A stretch of DNA of 64,000 nt. Origin: the human T2T-CHM13v2.0 reference genome, Homo sapiens. The DNA lies in assembly GCF_009914755.1 (NCBI RefSeq), contig NC_060931.1. One strand, written 5' to 3'. Positions 37,456 to 50,640 of this stretch are shown piece after piece (positions within the stretch are counted from its first letter, which is position 1; each line of letters opens with the position of its first letter). The translations under genes were made by a program, and so were the position numbers. Under the pieces are notes generated by a model that saw only the letters and a list, made by a program, of their open reading frames with translations, had not been told where the DNA came from and did not search any database.

Positions 37456-37766
37456 TTTTTTGTTTTTTTGTTTGTTTGTTTGAGACGGAGTCTCGCTGTG
37501 TTGCCCAGAATGGAGTGCAGCGGCACTATCTCGGCTCGCTGCAAGCTCCGCCTCCCAAGTTCACGCCATTCTCCTGCCTCAGCCTCCTGAGTAGCTGGGA
37601 CTACAGGCGCCCGCCACCACACCTGGCTAATTTTTTGTATGTTTTTTTGGTAGAGACGGGGTTTCATTGTGTTAGCCAGGATGGTCTCGATCTCCTGACC
37701 TTGTGATCCGCCCACCTCAGCCTCCCAAAGTGCTGGGATTACAGGCGTGAGCCACCGCACCTGGCC
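37456..37766 (-). mobile_element. AluY
   Basis: Alu dimer with TSD TGGATTAACAGTTTT. Confidence 0.9.
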
Positions 37767-38310
37767 TGGATTAACAGTTTATTGATACACTTGTTCATTC
37801 ATTAAAAATGTTGAGCTGTAAGTGCCAGGTATTACTCTAGAACTTGGGAACATATCAGTGCTTAAGAAAGAGAAGGTGTGCGTTGTCAACTCACACATTT
37901 CTGTCTCTGACACAGACTTCTCCCTTGAACTCAGATTTACACATATAACCACCTATTTGTCATCTCTACTTGGTTGCCTAGTGAAAATCTCAAAGGTTTT
38001 TTTCATTCCATGCTTTGCTGGGTTATCACCAGTGAGGGAGCTGGGACACCACAGTGTGCCTTTGTTGTCCTAATAAATACCCATGTAGTCAAATAGGATA
38101 TAATACAACATTGTCATTCTTCATAAATTTTCTTAAAATAGTATAGCACCAGTTTTGGCATGTAACTTTTAGTTATTTTGATTTGCCTATATGTGTCCTG
38201 AGAGAATGTTATAGAAGTTGTAAAACTCCTATTTGCAAGATGAAAATGCAAATATATGAAATAAGTGCTTCAATAATGAATTGATAGCAATATATTTTTT
38301 TCTGTTCCAG

Positions 38311-38335
38311 AAAACACCAGTTTGATCATGGAGAG
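38311..38335 (+). pseudogene. DPY19L1-like micro-exon D (25 nt)
   Basis: gttccag|A AAA CAC CAG TTT GAT CAT GGA GAG|gtaaag; KHQFDHGE; its phase complements the 50-nt exon C. Confidence 0.88.
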
Positions 38336-39067
38336 GTAAAGACTTAATATCACTATAATTTTACTTATCTTAAAGTTGCATGCATTTGGACTTTCCTTTC
38401 TAGTTCCAGTTTCTAACTTTGTTGGAATTATCAGCAATCATCTTGAAAATAGCCTGTTATGTGTTTTTATGAGAATGCTACATGCAGATTCACTGACCAT
38501 TCATTTGTTAAAATTAACTAGGAAACTTATTTGTTCTGCTCTGATCATCTTTACGCTAACAGCAGTTGATTTCTGGAGCCCATTTAGACATACGTGTGAG
38601 GTGTCTATTGCATGATTGGAAATCACTTTCCTCTCTGCTCACCTTGCTTGAGGCCTCAGAGATGTGATTGGTTACTGCTCCCATCTCCTAGTGGTCCAGT
38701 CTGGTTTTGAGGGCAGTTCCAAGGTGGAGCCCTCAGATCTTGAGGCAGCAGTCATTTCTTTTACCACTGTCTTTTCTTGGTCTGATGGTAGCATCAAGGT
38801 AGATTAAAAAATGTGGGCTTTATTAACCACAGGTTTGACTCTGAGAATCACAGAAACACTTGCCTTAATGACTTTATAATTTCAGCCTTCCACTAAAATA
38901 GAACAGTTTGAAAGTGAATTTTAAGAATTGTTTTAGAAATTTCAGAAACCAAAGTAGTAGTATTTTTTGTTACTAAGGAGAACATACCCCTTTCTGCATA
39001 TTGCCAGCTTAGTATTCTTAAACTTCACAAACAGTAGGAGTAAAAAACATTTTCTTCTTTCTTTCAG

Positions 39068-39185
39068 CTGGTTTACCATGCATTGCAATTGTTAGCATAT
39101 ACAGCCCTTGGTATTTTAATTATGAGACTAAAACTCTTCTTGACACCACACGTGTGTTATGGCATCACTGATCTGCTCAAGACAG
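39068..39185 (+). pseudogene. DPY19L1-like exon E (118 nt; 2-nt frameshift deletion near 39151)
   Basis: ctttcag|CTG...CAG|gtaaca; LVYHALQLLAYTALGILIMRLKLFLTPH, then the MASLICSRQ motif continues in another frame. Confidence 0.92.
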
Positions 39186-40118
39186 GTAACATGTTATGTT
39201 GGAGTATAGGCACTGTGATAATTTTAGCCTTTATTATTGAGTGGCCCTAAAATAATGAATTACAAAGTCTTTTAAGTGATTATAGTTAAAGCTCTTCATG
39301 GTTTTGTACTTATCTTTCTTAAAGGGTAAGGGCCAAAGCTGATCATTTTCTATCTTTCTAAAGATTTAAAATAGTTGTTGGTGTACAACAAATACCGATT
39401 TAGTACAGACTGAGTTCATGAGTGATTACTGCAGGTGCTGATAGAAAGCAGAGCTTAATTGTACAAATAATAACTTTTTTTTGTTTTGACATTCACATCA
39501 CAAAGAATTCTAACAATTTCAAGTTATAAGTGCTTGAAAATTATATGTTCCTTTTTTAGTATCAAACTTACTCTTTTTTTCTCATTTGGTGCACATTTGT
39601 GTGCACATTCTTGACTTGTGCTTTTTAAAATTTAGTTTAAACCTTCCTTGGTGGTTTGTTGCTTATTTTTCCTGGATAACTGCCTCCTTGTTCTGTATTT
39701 ACAGATTTATGCTTCTCCATAGTGTCACCTTTCCATCAGTCAACCAGCCTAGGTACAACAGCAGCACCTCCCTTAAACATAGCAGATAGTCAGTGAGCAC
39801 CTACACTGTGCACTCTAGGGATGGAGGAGAGAGTAGTAGACAGAAAAGTCAAAAGCCAGTGTTTATAAGCCCTCAAGAAACTTGAAATCTAGCTCTGTAG
39901 ACTTGTAGAGAAAGATCAAGAGAGCAAAGTGTTGTTATGGTGTGTGGACTATTTGGATGTGGAAAAAATTAGCCAGCCTGGAGGTTCCCAATCAGAATGT
40001 TGTATTATGTTAGAAAGGCACTACTTTCCACCTTTCTGACCCCTTCAGGCTGGCACAAGAAAGGAGGCTGGTTGGAAGCCTTTAATCTTGAGTCTTATCC
40101 CACAGCATGACTGATGAT

Positions 40119-40196
40119 ATAGGTTGATGCAAAAGTAATTGCGGGTTTTGGCATTAAAATAGCAAAACCTGCAATTGCTTTTTCACCAACCTAATA
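40119..40196 (+). mobile_element. MADE1 palindromic MITE; miR-548-type hairpin
   Basis: taggttgatgcaaaagtaattgcgggttttg-gcattaaaatag-caaaacctgcaattgctttttcaccaaccta forms a near-perfect inverted repeat. Confidence 0.88.
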
Positions 40197-40641
40197 GAAA
40201 GTGTCACCCAGGGCAGGTTTTGCAAGTGTGGGGTTCCTGCTGGTCACACAGGACCTCGCATTCAGAATGACCCTGAACTTGGTTGAATGTTTGCTGCTGC
40301 TGTTTTGAACGTCTTAATACTTTTTTAACAAGAGACCCCACATTTTTGTTTTGCATTGGGCCTTGTAAATTGCATAGGTGGTTGTGGCTTTACTTGAATC
40401 TGGGAGTAGAGAAAGCAGGTTGAGAAAAGAGCTTCCTACATTGTGTTCCACTTATATGAGGCTGATGGTAGAATTCTTTTGATCTCAAAGATTATTATTT
40501 TGGGGCTTTTTCTTTAGGATAATTAATCCTTTATTTGGGACTCTAGCAGAGGCCACATTCTTCTCTGGGAAGAAGTTTTGCATGACAGATGCATACTACT
40601 TTATACTAACAATTACCGATGTATTCTTAATTTGGTTTCAG

Positions 40642-40813
40642 CTATTTGGATGGCTCTTTTGCAAAGTACATCCTGGTGCTGTTGTTTTTGCTATATTAGC
40701 AGCAATGTCAATACCAGGTTCAGCAAATCTGCAAACCCAGTGGAATACTGTAGGGGAGTTCAGCAACTTGCCACAAGAATTTATAGAATGGATCAAATAT
40801 AGTACTAAACCAG
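40642..40813 (+). pseudogene. DPY19L1-like exon F (172 nt)
   Basis: tttcag|CTA...CCA G|gtaaaa; LFGWLFCKVHPGAVVFAILAAMSIPGSANLQTQWNTVGEFSNLPQEFIEWIKYSTKP (ORF 40582..40896); one Glu codon missing versus the recalled PQEELIEW. Confidence 0.92.
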
Positions 40814-41440
40814 GTAAAAAAAAAAAAGTCATATTATTTAACTGTTTTTCCCACAATTTTATATACCACTGCAAACTCCAAACTCTTAAACCCTAGTTAC
40901 TTCCACTGATCTCACTCTTTCTAAGCAATGTTGCTTTTAGAATATCTAAAACAAAGGAGATATCAATCCTGTTTAAATGGTTTGCATGGGAAATGTTATA
41001 CATATGTTCTTAGTAATTTATTCTGCCACTTTTTATAGATTTTAATTTTTTCAAAATTTATTCACAGTCATAAATGCCACATTTAAAATAATTTTACTGT
41101 GCTTATTTTTTTAATGAATTTTTAATATTAGTCCTTCACATTCCTTCTTGAAATAAACTCATGGAATGTGGTATTTTATTCATGTGTGGAAAGGGAGACT
41201 TCGTTGTCATCTGAGTATCAAATGATTGAATACTAAATCATCTTCCAGAACTCTTTGTTACTATAAAGCTTTCCTAGTCCATTTCATACTTCTTTTCTAG
41301 ATTCAGGAAAGATTTCTAAGATTTTTCTTTAAAGAAAGAAATCTTTAATGATGAGATGATGAAGCTCTATTTTCCAAGGAAAATAGTTTACCCAGGCCTG
41401 GCTGCCAACTGCTACTTTATCAGCCATCTGACTTCATTCT

Positions 41441-43611
<2,171 letters not shown>

Positions 43612-43762
43612 TGACTTCATTCTAGTTCTGCCATTGAATCTTGAAGTCATGAACCTGCTGGGCCTCCACTCTGCTACCTGTGAAATAATTGATTTACACT
43701 TGAAGGAGACCCCTTCTCACCCTCACTGAGTGTCTTCCTGAGACATTCCTCTTGACTTCCAG

Positions 43763-43862
43763 ATGCAATGTTTGCAGGTGCCACGCCCAGGATGGCAAGT
43801 GTTAAGCTCTCTGTGCTTCAGCCCATTGTGAATCATCCACATTATGAAGATGCAGGCTTGAG
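43763..43862 (+). pseudogene. DPY19L1-like exon G (100 nt), donor destroyed
   Basis: ttccag|AT GCA...TTG AG|atcaaa; (D)AMFAGATPRMASVKLSVLQPIVNHPHYEDAGL(R), with the conserved NHPHYED motif; the intron starts AT, not GT. Confidence 0.9.
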
Positions 43863-44994
43863 ATCAAACCTTCCATGCAAACAGACAGTGAGTGGAGGAC
43901 ACCAGCAAAGTAATGAGGAATGTTCCAAAAGGATATGATGAACTGAGGTTTATCAAGTCGGGGAGCAGAAGGCTGAAATAAGACTGCTAAGCTCTAAACA
44001 AATCCTTTAAGTCTTCACAGGGCAGGAAAGCGACAACTTTGGGGGCTATCTTCTCTAGCAGGCAGAAAAAAGAAGTAATACTGTAGCACTTTCCCACAGG
44101 TTAACAGGGCTCTAAAATGTCCAAGTCCTTTTCATCCTGTAACTCCCTGAAGAGTTTAGCTTAGAGTGTTTAGTAAGGTTTTCTCATAGGTGATTTTTCT
44201 TGAGTTTGGAGAAGTCATTTGAAATATAATCCCATTCAAAGAGGAGTTTATTCTGGTTTTCACCAGTATAGCCTGTTAGAATGATCTTGGGTGTTTTCTT
44301 TATTTTTAGATTTTTTTGAGACTTTAAAAAATAATTTAGAGATGTGTTGTCTAAATTATTTTTTTAAAAAGATTAAATTTTTCATGCAGTTTCTAAGGCA
44401 GGTGAAGCTATTCATTTTCTAAGTGATTAGATGAATCTTATTAGCATCTTCTTTTGCATAACAATGGCATGTACATTTACAAATAAGATTTTTCATTAAA
44501 AAATCAATCTCATCAAGCTAATTTCCAGACCAATTTTGTTAAATAAGTTTAGTATTTCTAAAATCTAGAAAAAAAATGAAGAACCACTTAATGTGAATTA
44601 TTGTTGATATCAAAGTTGGGACTGTTGCAGCTTCAGAGTAGTCCTGTAGTTGTATTTCTTGTAGTTCATCCCTGTTCACACACAGGGTACCTTACTCTTA
44701 TATGTGATAGAGTAGTGAAGAATTTAAGACAAATAAATAAGTGAACAAACACAAAGAGACCAAGTTTGGGAATGTAGGGGTGTGTTAAAGGTCACCCTCT
44801 TCTCCACAACTTGTCCTCCTCCTGCCTTCTGCTTTTGACCTCACTGATGCCCCTTCGCAGGAACTTCCATGGGGAATTTCCTCCTGACTGGATTCTTCTT
44901 CATTGTCTTCTAGTCTAATTCAGTGCTTTCTTCCAAATGTGTTATTGTATCATTTTAATCTTGAAATTTTGTTCCCAATTATTTTTCTTTAAAG

Positions 44995-45118
44995 TGCCAG
45001 AACAAAAATAGTATACTCAATGTATAGTCAGAAAGCAGCTGAAGAAGTGAAGCGAGAACTGATAGTTAAAAGTGAACTATTACATTCTAGAAAAGTCATG
45101 GTGTGTAAGAAGATCCAA
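44995..45118 (+). pseudogene. DPY19L1-like exon H (124 nt; 2-nt frameshift deletion near 45064)
   Basis: tttaaag|T GCC AGA...TCC AA|gtgagt; ARTKIVYSMYSQKAAEEVKRELI, then LKVNYYILEKSWCVRRS in a shifted frame. Confidence 0.9.
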
Positions 45119-45239
45119 GTGAGTATCAACACAGTTAACATTTTATAATCATAAGACACGAAGGTTAATTCAAGCACATGGCACATGCTTTGCTGGTGGC
45201 GGGGGTGTGTATATAACATAAAGTATACGTGGAAAAAAC

Positions 45240-45454
45240 TTTTTTTTTTTTAAATAGGCTCTCTGTTGCCCAGGCTGGAGTGCAGTGGCATAATCTAAGC
45301 TCACTGCAGCCTCCGCCTAATTTTTGTATTTTTAGTGGAGATGGGGTTTTGCCATGTTGTCCCAGGCTGGTCTCAAACTCCTGGCCTCAAGTGCTACTCC
45401 TGCCTTGGCCTCCCGAAGTGCTGGGACTACAGGCGTGAGCCACCATGCCTGGCC
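45240..45454 (-). mobile_element. Alu with internal deletion
   Basis: ctgcagcctccgcc joins directly to taatttttgtatttttag. Confidence 0.85.
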
Positions 45455-48198
45455 TGAAAAAACCTTCTTGATAATGATTTGGAGACTTTCTTTTCTAGTC
45501 TTTATAAATATCTTTTTTTAAAATAATGGTTTGTATGTGCATACTACCTTAAAGAGATTTTATTGGAACTAGTTGATAATCTCCCAAATTGTTCATATTT
45601 GCTTTTGATGTTTTTAAAGAAACTTTTATTTAAAGTTGGATGTATTTTCTTTCAAAAGACTTCCAGGGTCTGAAACCAAGTAATGGGGAGTCTCTTTTGG
45701 TGAAGTCAGGCAGCTGAGCACCAGGGGTCACATTATCCTTACTGGGTCTCTGTGCTACACCATGTCCTGTCGATGGATGGGATACCCTGTCAGCAAAAAC
45801 TCAGAATGAAACTTTTCTTTCCTGGTGTTTCACATCTTACTTGAATGGGAAAATGACTCTACTGTGACCCACATTCTCTTGGGTTTATAGTTTTTAAGTT
45901 TCTATTTCCAAAGAGATGTTTACTAAGCTGAGTATAGCTCCAAGTGACAGTAAGATCTTCAAAGCAGATGTGAATCTAAAGCTATCTAGAAATGTGGCAC
46001 GTAAGTGACTGGACACCAGGTGACAGTAGCCTGCTTTTAAAGTACCAAAACATTCACTTCATGAAGAGCACAGTACAGGAACAATTTTATCAGAAATAAA
46101 CACTATTTTATGGAATAATAATATTTTTAAAATTCTTACTACTCTGTAACTAAACAAAAGTGTTCAAGAGATTGCTATATTTGTGGCTTGATCATACTTG
46201 CCCACCATATATTTCAATGACACATATGGTATTAAGACAACATTGTTAAATACTGAGTCGTGAGTGAAAAATAGTTCTGTGACATAGTATCTACAGCTTT
46301 GCTCATAAGGCAACTAAAATAATTGTCGATTATAAAATGATTTTCCTATGAATGTGTGCTATGTGGTTTGAATTCAGTCAGGATTTATAGAAAATGTTAT
46401 TTTGTAATAATTTAGAAAATGCTTTAAGCGTTTGTGAATATATATGAAATTCATATACTCACCTTTCACATTGTTATATAAATTTAGGACAGAAAAGTTC
46501 TAAGCATCTCATGACGATCAGGAAATTATATGAAATGAATGATAGGCTGACATTTGCAATAGGAAGAACTCTGTTCTTAGCATAGCTTTCCACCAGAATG
46601 GGGATCTTCTTTATTTCTTTGGGCTTCACTCTCTTGAAACAACTGTAAGTTACTGGAACATAAAAATAATTTTCGTAACCTTTTTTCTCCAAGCTAACAA
46701 TGAGCCTTTGAGAGTTCATTTTTTGCCTAGACCCCTGCATAGAGTTTGAATATGTGAAAGTTGCAGAGGCTTTGTGCTGTAGAGTGTTGGGAGAGCTCCC
46801 TGGATTTGCATAGCTCTAACAGTCTCATGTTTGGGTAGGCAGAGCACTGTTTTACCCACACAAGAAGGGATATGAAGGCAAATTCAGGATGTATGGCAAT
46901 AAACTTTGCACACTAAACAAAATCAGCAGACATTGAACTGACTTCAAGTCACTTACAAGCACTCAGACTGAGAGTTGGGGTGCAGAAGAGGGTGTGCTGG
47001 ATTTCCCCATCTGGGCCTTGACTTGCCATTTATTGTGTCTGTCACAGCAGGAGTTGAGTGGGAGGAAGCTACGAAAGTGACTCTCTCATCTGTTTTCCCC
47101 ACTCATTAAAACAACACTCTCCATCTAGTACAAGATCTAAGCCAGGCTGATGACACACTGTCAGGAAACCTTGGACAGGTCCACTCTGCTTCAACCTTGA
47201 CACAAAACAAAAGCTGTGCTTTCTGTCCTGACAGGGAAGCAAATGGGGAGTTCAGATAGGAGAGGAAAGTGAAGAATGACTAATATTTATCTAGTGTTTA
47301 CATTTACAGTAGGAAGTTTCTTGACAAAGCTTTCTGCCAGGTTTGGGACCTTCCTTATTTCCTTGGCCTTCACTCTCCATTTCAGTTATGATCAGCCTGA
47401 AACCCCTGTAGATTGCTGGGACGTGAAAGTATGTCCGAATGGGGGAAGCAGATGGGGAACTCAGTTAGGAGAGGAAGGGGAAGAGGGACCAATATTTATC
47501 TAGTGCTTAATCTGTGCCTGGCAATTGGTGAGCACTATGTTTAAATGATCTCATTTACAAGTGGCTTAATTGTATGGCTTGATTATTCCTTAAATATTTG
47601 ACACTGAGTTTAAATATAAACATTCAAATCTATTTGCATGCAAGTTGTAGATTAGTTTTAAATTAACTACAGTTCTCTGCTTTCTTTTACTCCAATAATA
47701 GAGTTGACATAGAATACATGTATTTAGAAGGAAATTATTCAGATTTTCACTAATGCTATTTGCAGATGGCTGGCCTGGGGAAACCTTGGGAAACTCAGAT
47801 GAGGACTAAATAGTGTTGCACAAGGCAAACAGAGCTCCCCAAGACAGCTGTTTGCCCTCTCTTTTTCCTAAAAGCTGTTGAACTCAGGAAAACTGTGGGT
47901 CGTTCTCTACTTTCTGTGCGTCTCACTCTCTGCCACCGTGGGCCCTCAGTGTTGTAACAGTTCAGCCTTGACGTGTAGGAGAAAATTCCAAGGTAGAAAA
48001 CCCATGCCCAGCCATATGATCATAGGTGTTCCATGTCAGTAGAAACCAGTGTCAGCAAGGGTGTGCAAAAAGTGTGTACTTGAGCCCTCTTCATGGGAAC
48101 ACTCGCTGGCAAAACATTTCTAGGGGATAGTTTGATGAAGGGAAGGTAAGAAAAAAATTGTGCAGTCCTTTGGCAGAGTGATAATGTTGCCTCTAGAG

Positions 48199-48538
48199 CA
48201 GGGGTCTCCAAGCCCCCGGCCATGAACCAGTACTGGTCTGTGGCCTGTTAGGAACCCAGTCTCACAGCAGGAGGTGAGCGGAGGGTGAACAAGCATTACA
48301 GCCTGAGCTCTGGCTCCTGACAGATGAGTGGCAGCATTAGATTCTCATAGGAGTATGAACCCTATTGTGAACTGCACATGCGGGGGATCTAGGGTACGTG
48401 CTCCTTATGAGAATCTAATGCCTGATGATCTGAGGTGAAACACTTTCATCCCAAAACCATTGCCCCCACCCTCCAATCCATGGAAAAATTGCCTTGCACA
48501 AAACCAGTCCCTGGTGCAAAAAATGTTGGGGACTGCTG
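48199..48538 (+). mobile_element. MER1B (hAT-Charlie) DNA transposon
   Basis: cagggg...ctgctg ends, 340 bp, 8-bp TSD CTCTAGAG at 48191-48198 and 48539-48546. Confidence 0.9.
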
Positions 48539-48897
48539 CTCTAGAGGTTTAGCTTGCAGAAGGGAGCACCGCACAAGACTGCTTGTAGCTGCATTGCTTT
48601 ATAATGGCAAAATGGGAAAAAATTAAAGTATCTGTCTGTAAAGAACTCGTTAAATAATACATATGAGAACTAGCAGCTTTTAAAAACAATAGAGTAGGTC
48701 TTTATGCACTGAGATGGAAAAATAGTGCCACATTTTATTGTTCAGTATAGAGTCCCAGAATAATTCCATTTTTGTAAAAACAACTCAAGAGCATCTGTCA
48801 GGGTTTTCCAGAGGGACAGAATTAATAGGATAAACTTATATATATGATGTCTGTGTCTGTATGTGTATCTGACATTGGATAAGAAAAGATCCAGCAG

Positions 48898-49155
48898 ATA
48901 GCAAATATTGTATGTTCTCACTTATAAATGGGAACTAAGCTACCAGGATGCAAAGCAAAAGAATGATATGGACTATGGGGACTCCGGGGAAGCAAGGAGT
49001 GGGGTGAGGGATAAAAGACTACACACTGAGTATACTTGATACTGCTCTGGTGATGGGTGCACCAAAATCTCAGTAACTGCCATTGAAGAACTTATCCATG
49101 TAACCAAAAACCACCTGTTTTGCAAAAGCTATTGAAATAATTTTTTTTTTTAAAA
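48898..49155 (+). mobile_element. L1 3' end (L1PB/L1MA1-like), 5'-truncated
   Basis: atgttctcacttataaatgggaactaagc...gggtgcaccaaaatctcag...ctattgaaataa; flanked by aaaag(a/g)tccagcag. Confidence 0.75.
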
Positions 49156-49754
49156 AAGGTCCAGCAGGATATATGCTGGATTGTTTATAGAAGTCACCTC
49201 TGAGAAATGCTATTGGAGATGATGGTGACTTTCATTTCTTAAAATGTATGTAGGTCTATATTTGGTACTTTTATAATGACTGATTACTTATAAATTAAAT
49301 ATGTTATTTAAAAAGGGAAAATGATGTACATCCCTGCTACAGTGTTTGCCTCATGGTGGAGAGTGAGGAAGGGACTGCTACTAAACATAAGAGGGACTTG
49401 TTGGGAATTTTTTTTCTCTTATTTAGAAATAAAACTAAAAAGGGAAGCAATTATGACAAAACATGAGCAGTTGTCAATTCTCTATAATTTTCCCATATGT
49501 TTTTCTGTTTTTTAAAATTCCTCAAAAGGTAGATAGCAGTATCCAACAGTTCTATCTATAAAACTGTTCTTGATTTAAAATAAATGGTACTGTTATTTTG
49601 AAGGACTTATTTAGGCAAATGTCATATGATGCCAATTTTACTTATTCTATTCTTTATATATATTGCTTTTGAGATTTAATTATGTATTTAGCTAAGATGT
49701 ATGTCCAACACTACCAGAATTTCTTTAAATTGATTCATTCTAGAATATCAACTG

Positions 49755-50097
49755 TCCAGTTTAAGATGTTTTGACCTACTGATTTTTTTACTTTATGACA
49801 GTGTTAAAGCCATATGCATTCAGTAGAAAGCATACTTCAAATACCCATACAACCATTCTGTTTTTCAGTGTCAGTACAGCATTCAATAAATTACATGAGA
49901 TGTTCAACATTTTGTTATAAAACAGCATTTGTATTAGATGATTTTGTCAAACTGTAAGCTAATACAAGTGTTCCTAGCATGTTTAAGGTAGGCTAGGCTA
50001 AGCCGTGATGTTGGGTAGATTAGGTGTATTAAATGCATTTTCAACTTATGATGGGTTTATTGGAACATACCCCATTGTAAGTTGAGGAGCATCTATA
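49755..50097. mobile_element. Tigger4-like DNA transposon remnant
   Basis: ccccattgtaagttgaggagcatct terminal motif; gtaggctaggctaagc internal motif. Confidence 0.7.
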
Positions 50098-50161
50098 CAA
50101 TTAATGCAACTTGCCTGTGAATTAAGCATATTTGTTCTTTATAATTTTTTTAAATCAATAT

Positions 50162-50620
50162 TGTCAGGCCTCTGAGCCCAAGCTAAGCCATCACATCCCC
50201 TGTGACCTGCACTTATACATCCAGATGGCCTGAAGTAACTGAAGAATCACAAAAGAAGTGATACTTAAATGGCCTGTTCCTGCCTTAACTGATGACATTC
50301 CACCACAAAAGAAGTGAAAATGGCCGGTCCTTGCCTTAACTGATGACATTACCTTGTGAAATTCCTTCTCCTGGCTCATCCTGGCTCAAAAAGCTCCCCT
50401 ACTGAGCACCTTGTGACCCCTCACTCCGGCCTGCCAGAGAACAACCCCCCTTTGACTGTAATTTTCCTTTACCTACCAAAATCTTAGAAAATGGCCCCAC
50501 CCCATCTCCCTTTGCTGACTCTCTTTTCAGACTCAGCCCACCTGCACCCAGGTGAAATAAACAGCCTTGTTGCTCACACAAAGCCTGTTTGGTGGTCTCT
50601 TCACACAGATGCGAGTAAAA
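50162..50620 (+). promoter_or_regulatory. 5' LTR7 of provirus #1 (459 bp)
   Basis: tgtcaggcctctgagcccaagc...gcgagtaaaa; two ACAAAAGA motifs (50249, 50305); TATA position reads TAGAAAA; AATAAA at 50556-50561. Confidence 0.9.
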
Positions 50621-50622
50621 TT

Positions 50623-50640
50623 TGGTGCCATGACTCGGAT
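50623..50640 (+). other. tRNA-His primer binding site
   Basis: TGGTGCCATGACTCGGAT, one mismatch to the canonical TGGTGCCGTGACTCGGAT. Confidence 0.9.

Noticed and set aside
50623-50640. tRNA-His-like sequence
   Set aside because: Only the 18-nt retroviral primer binding site, not a tRNA gene.
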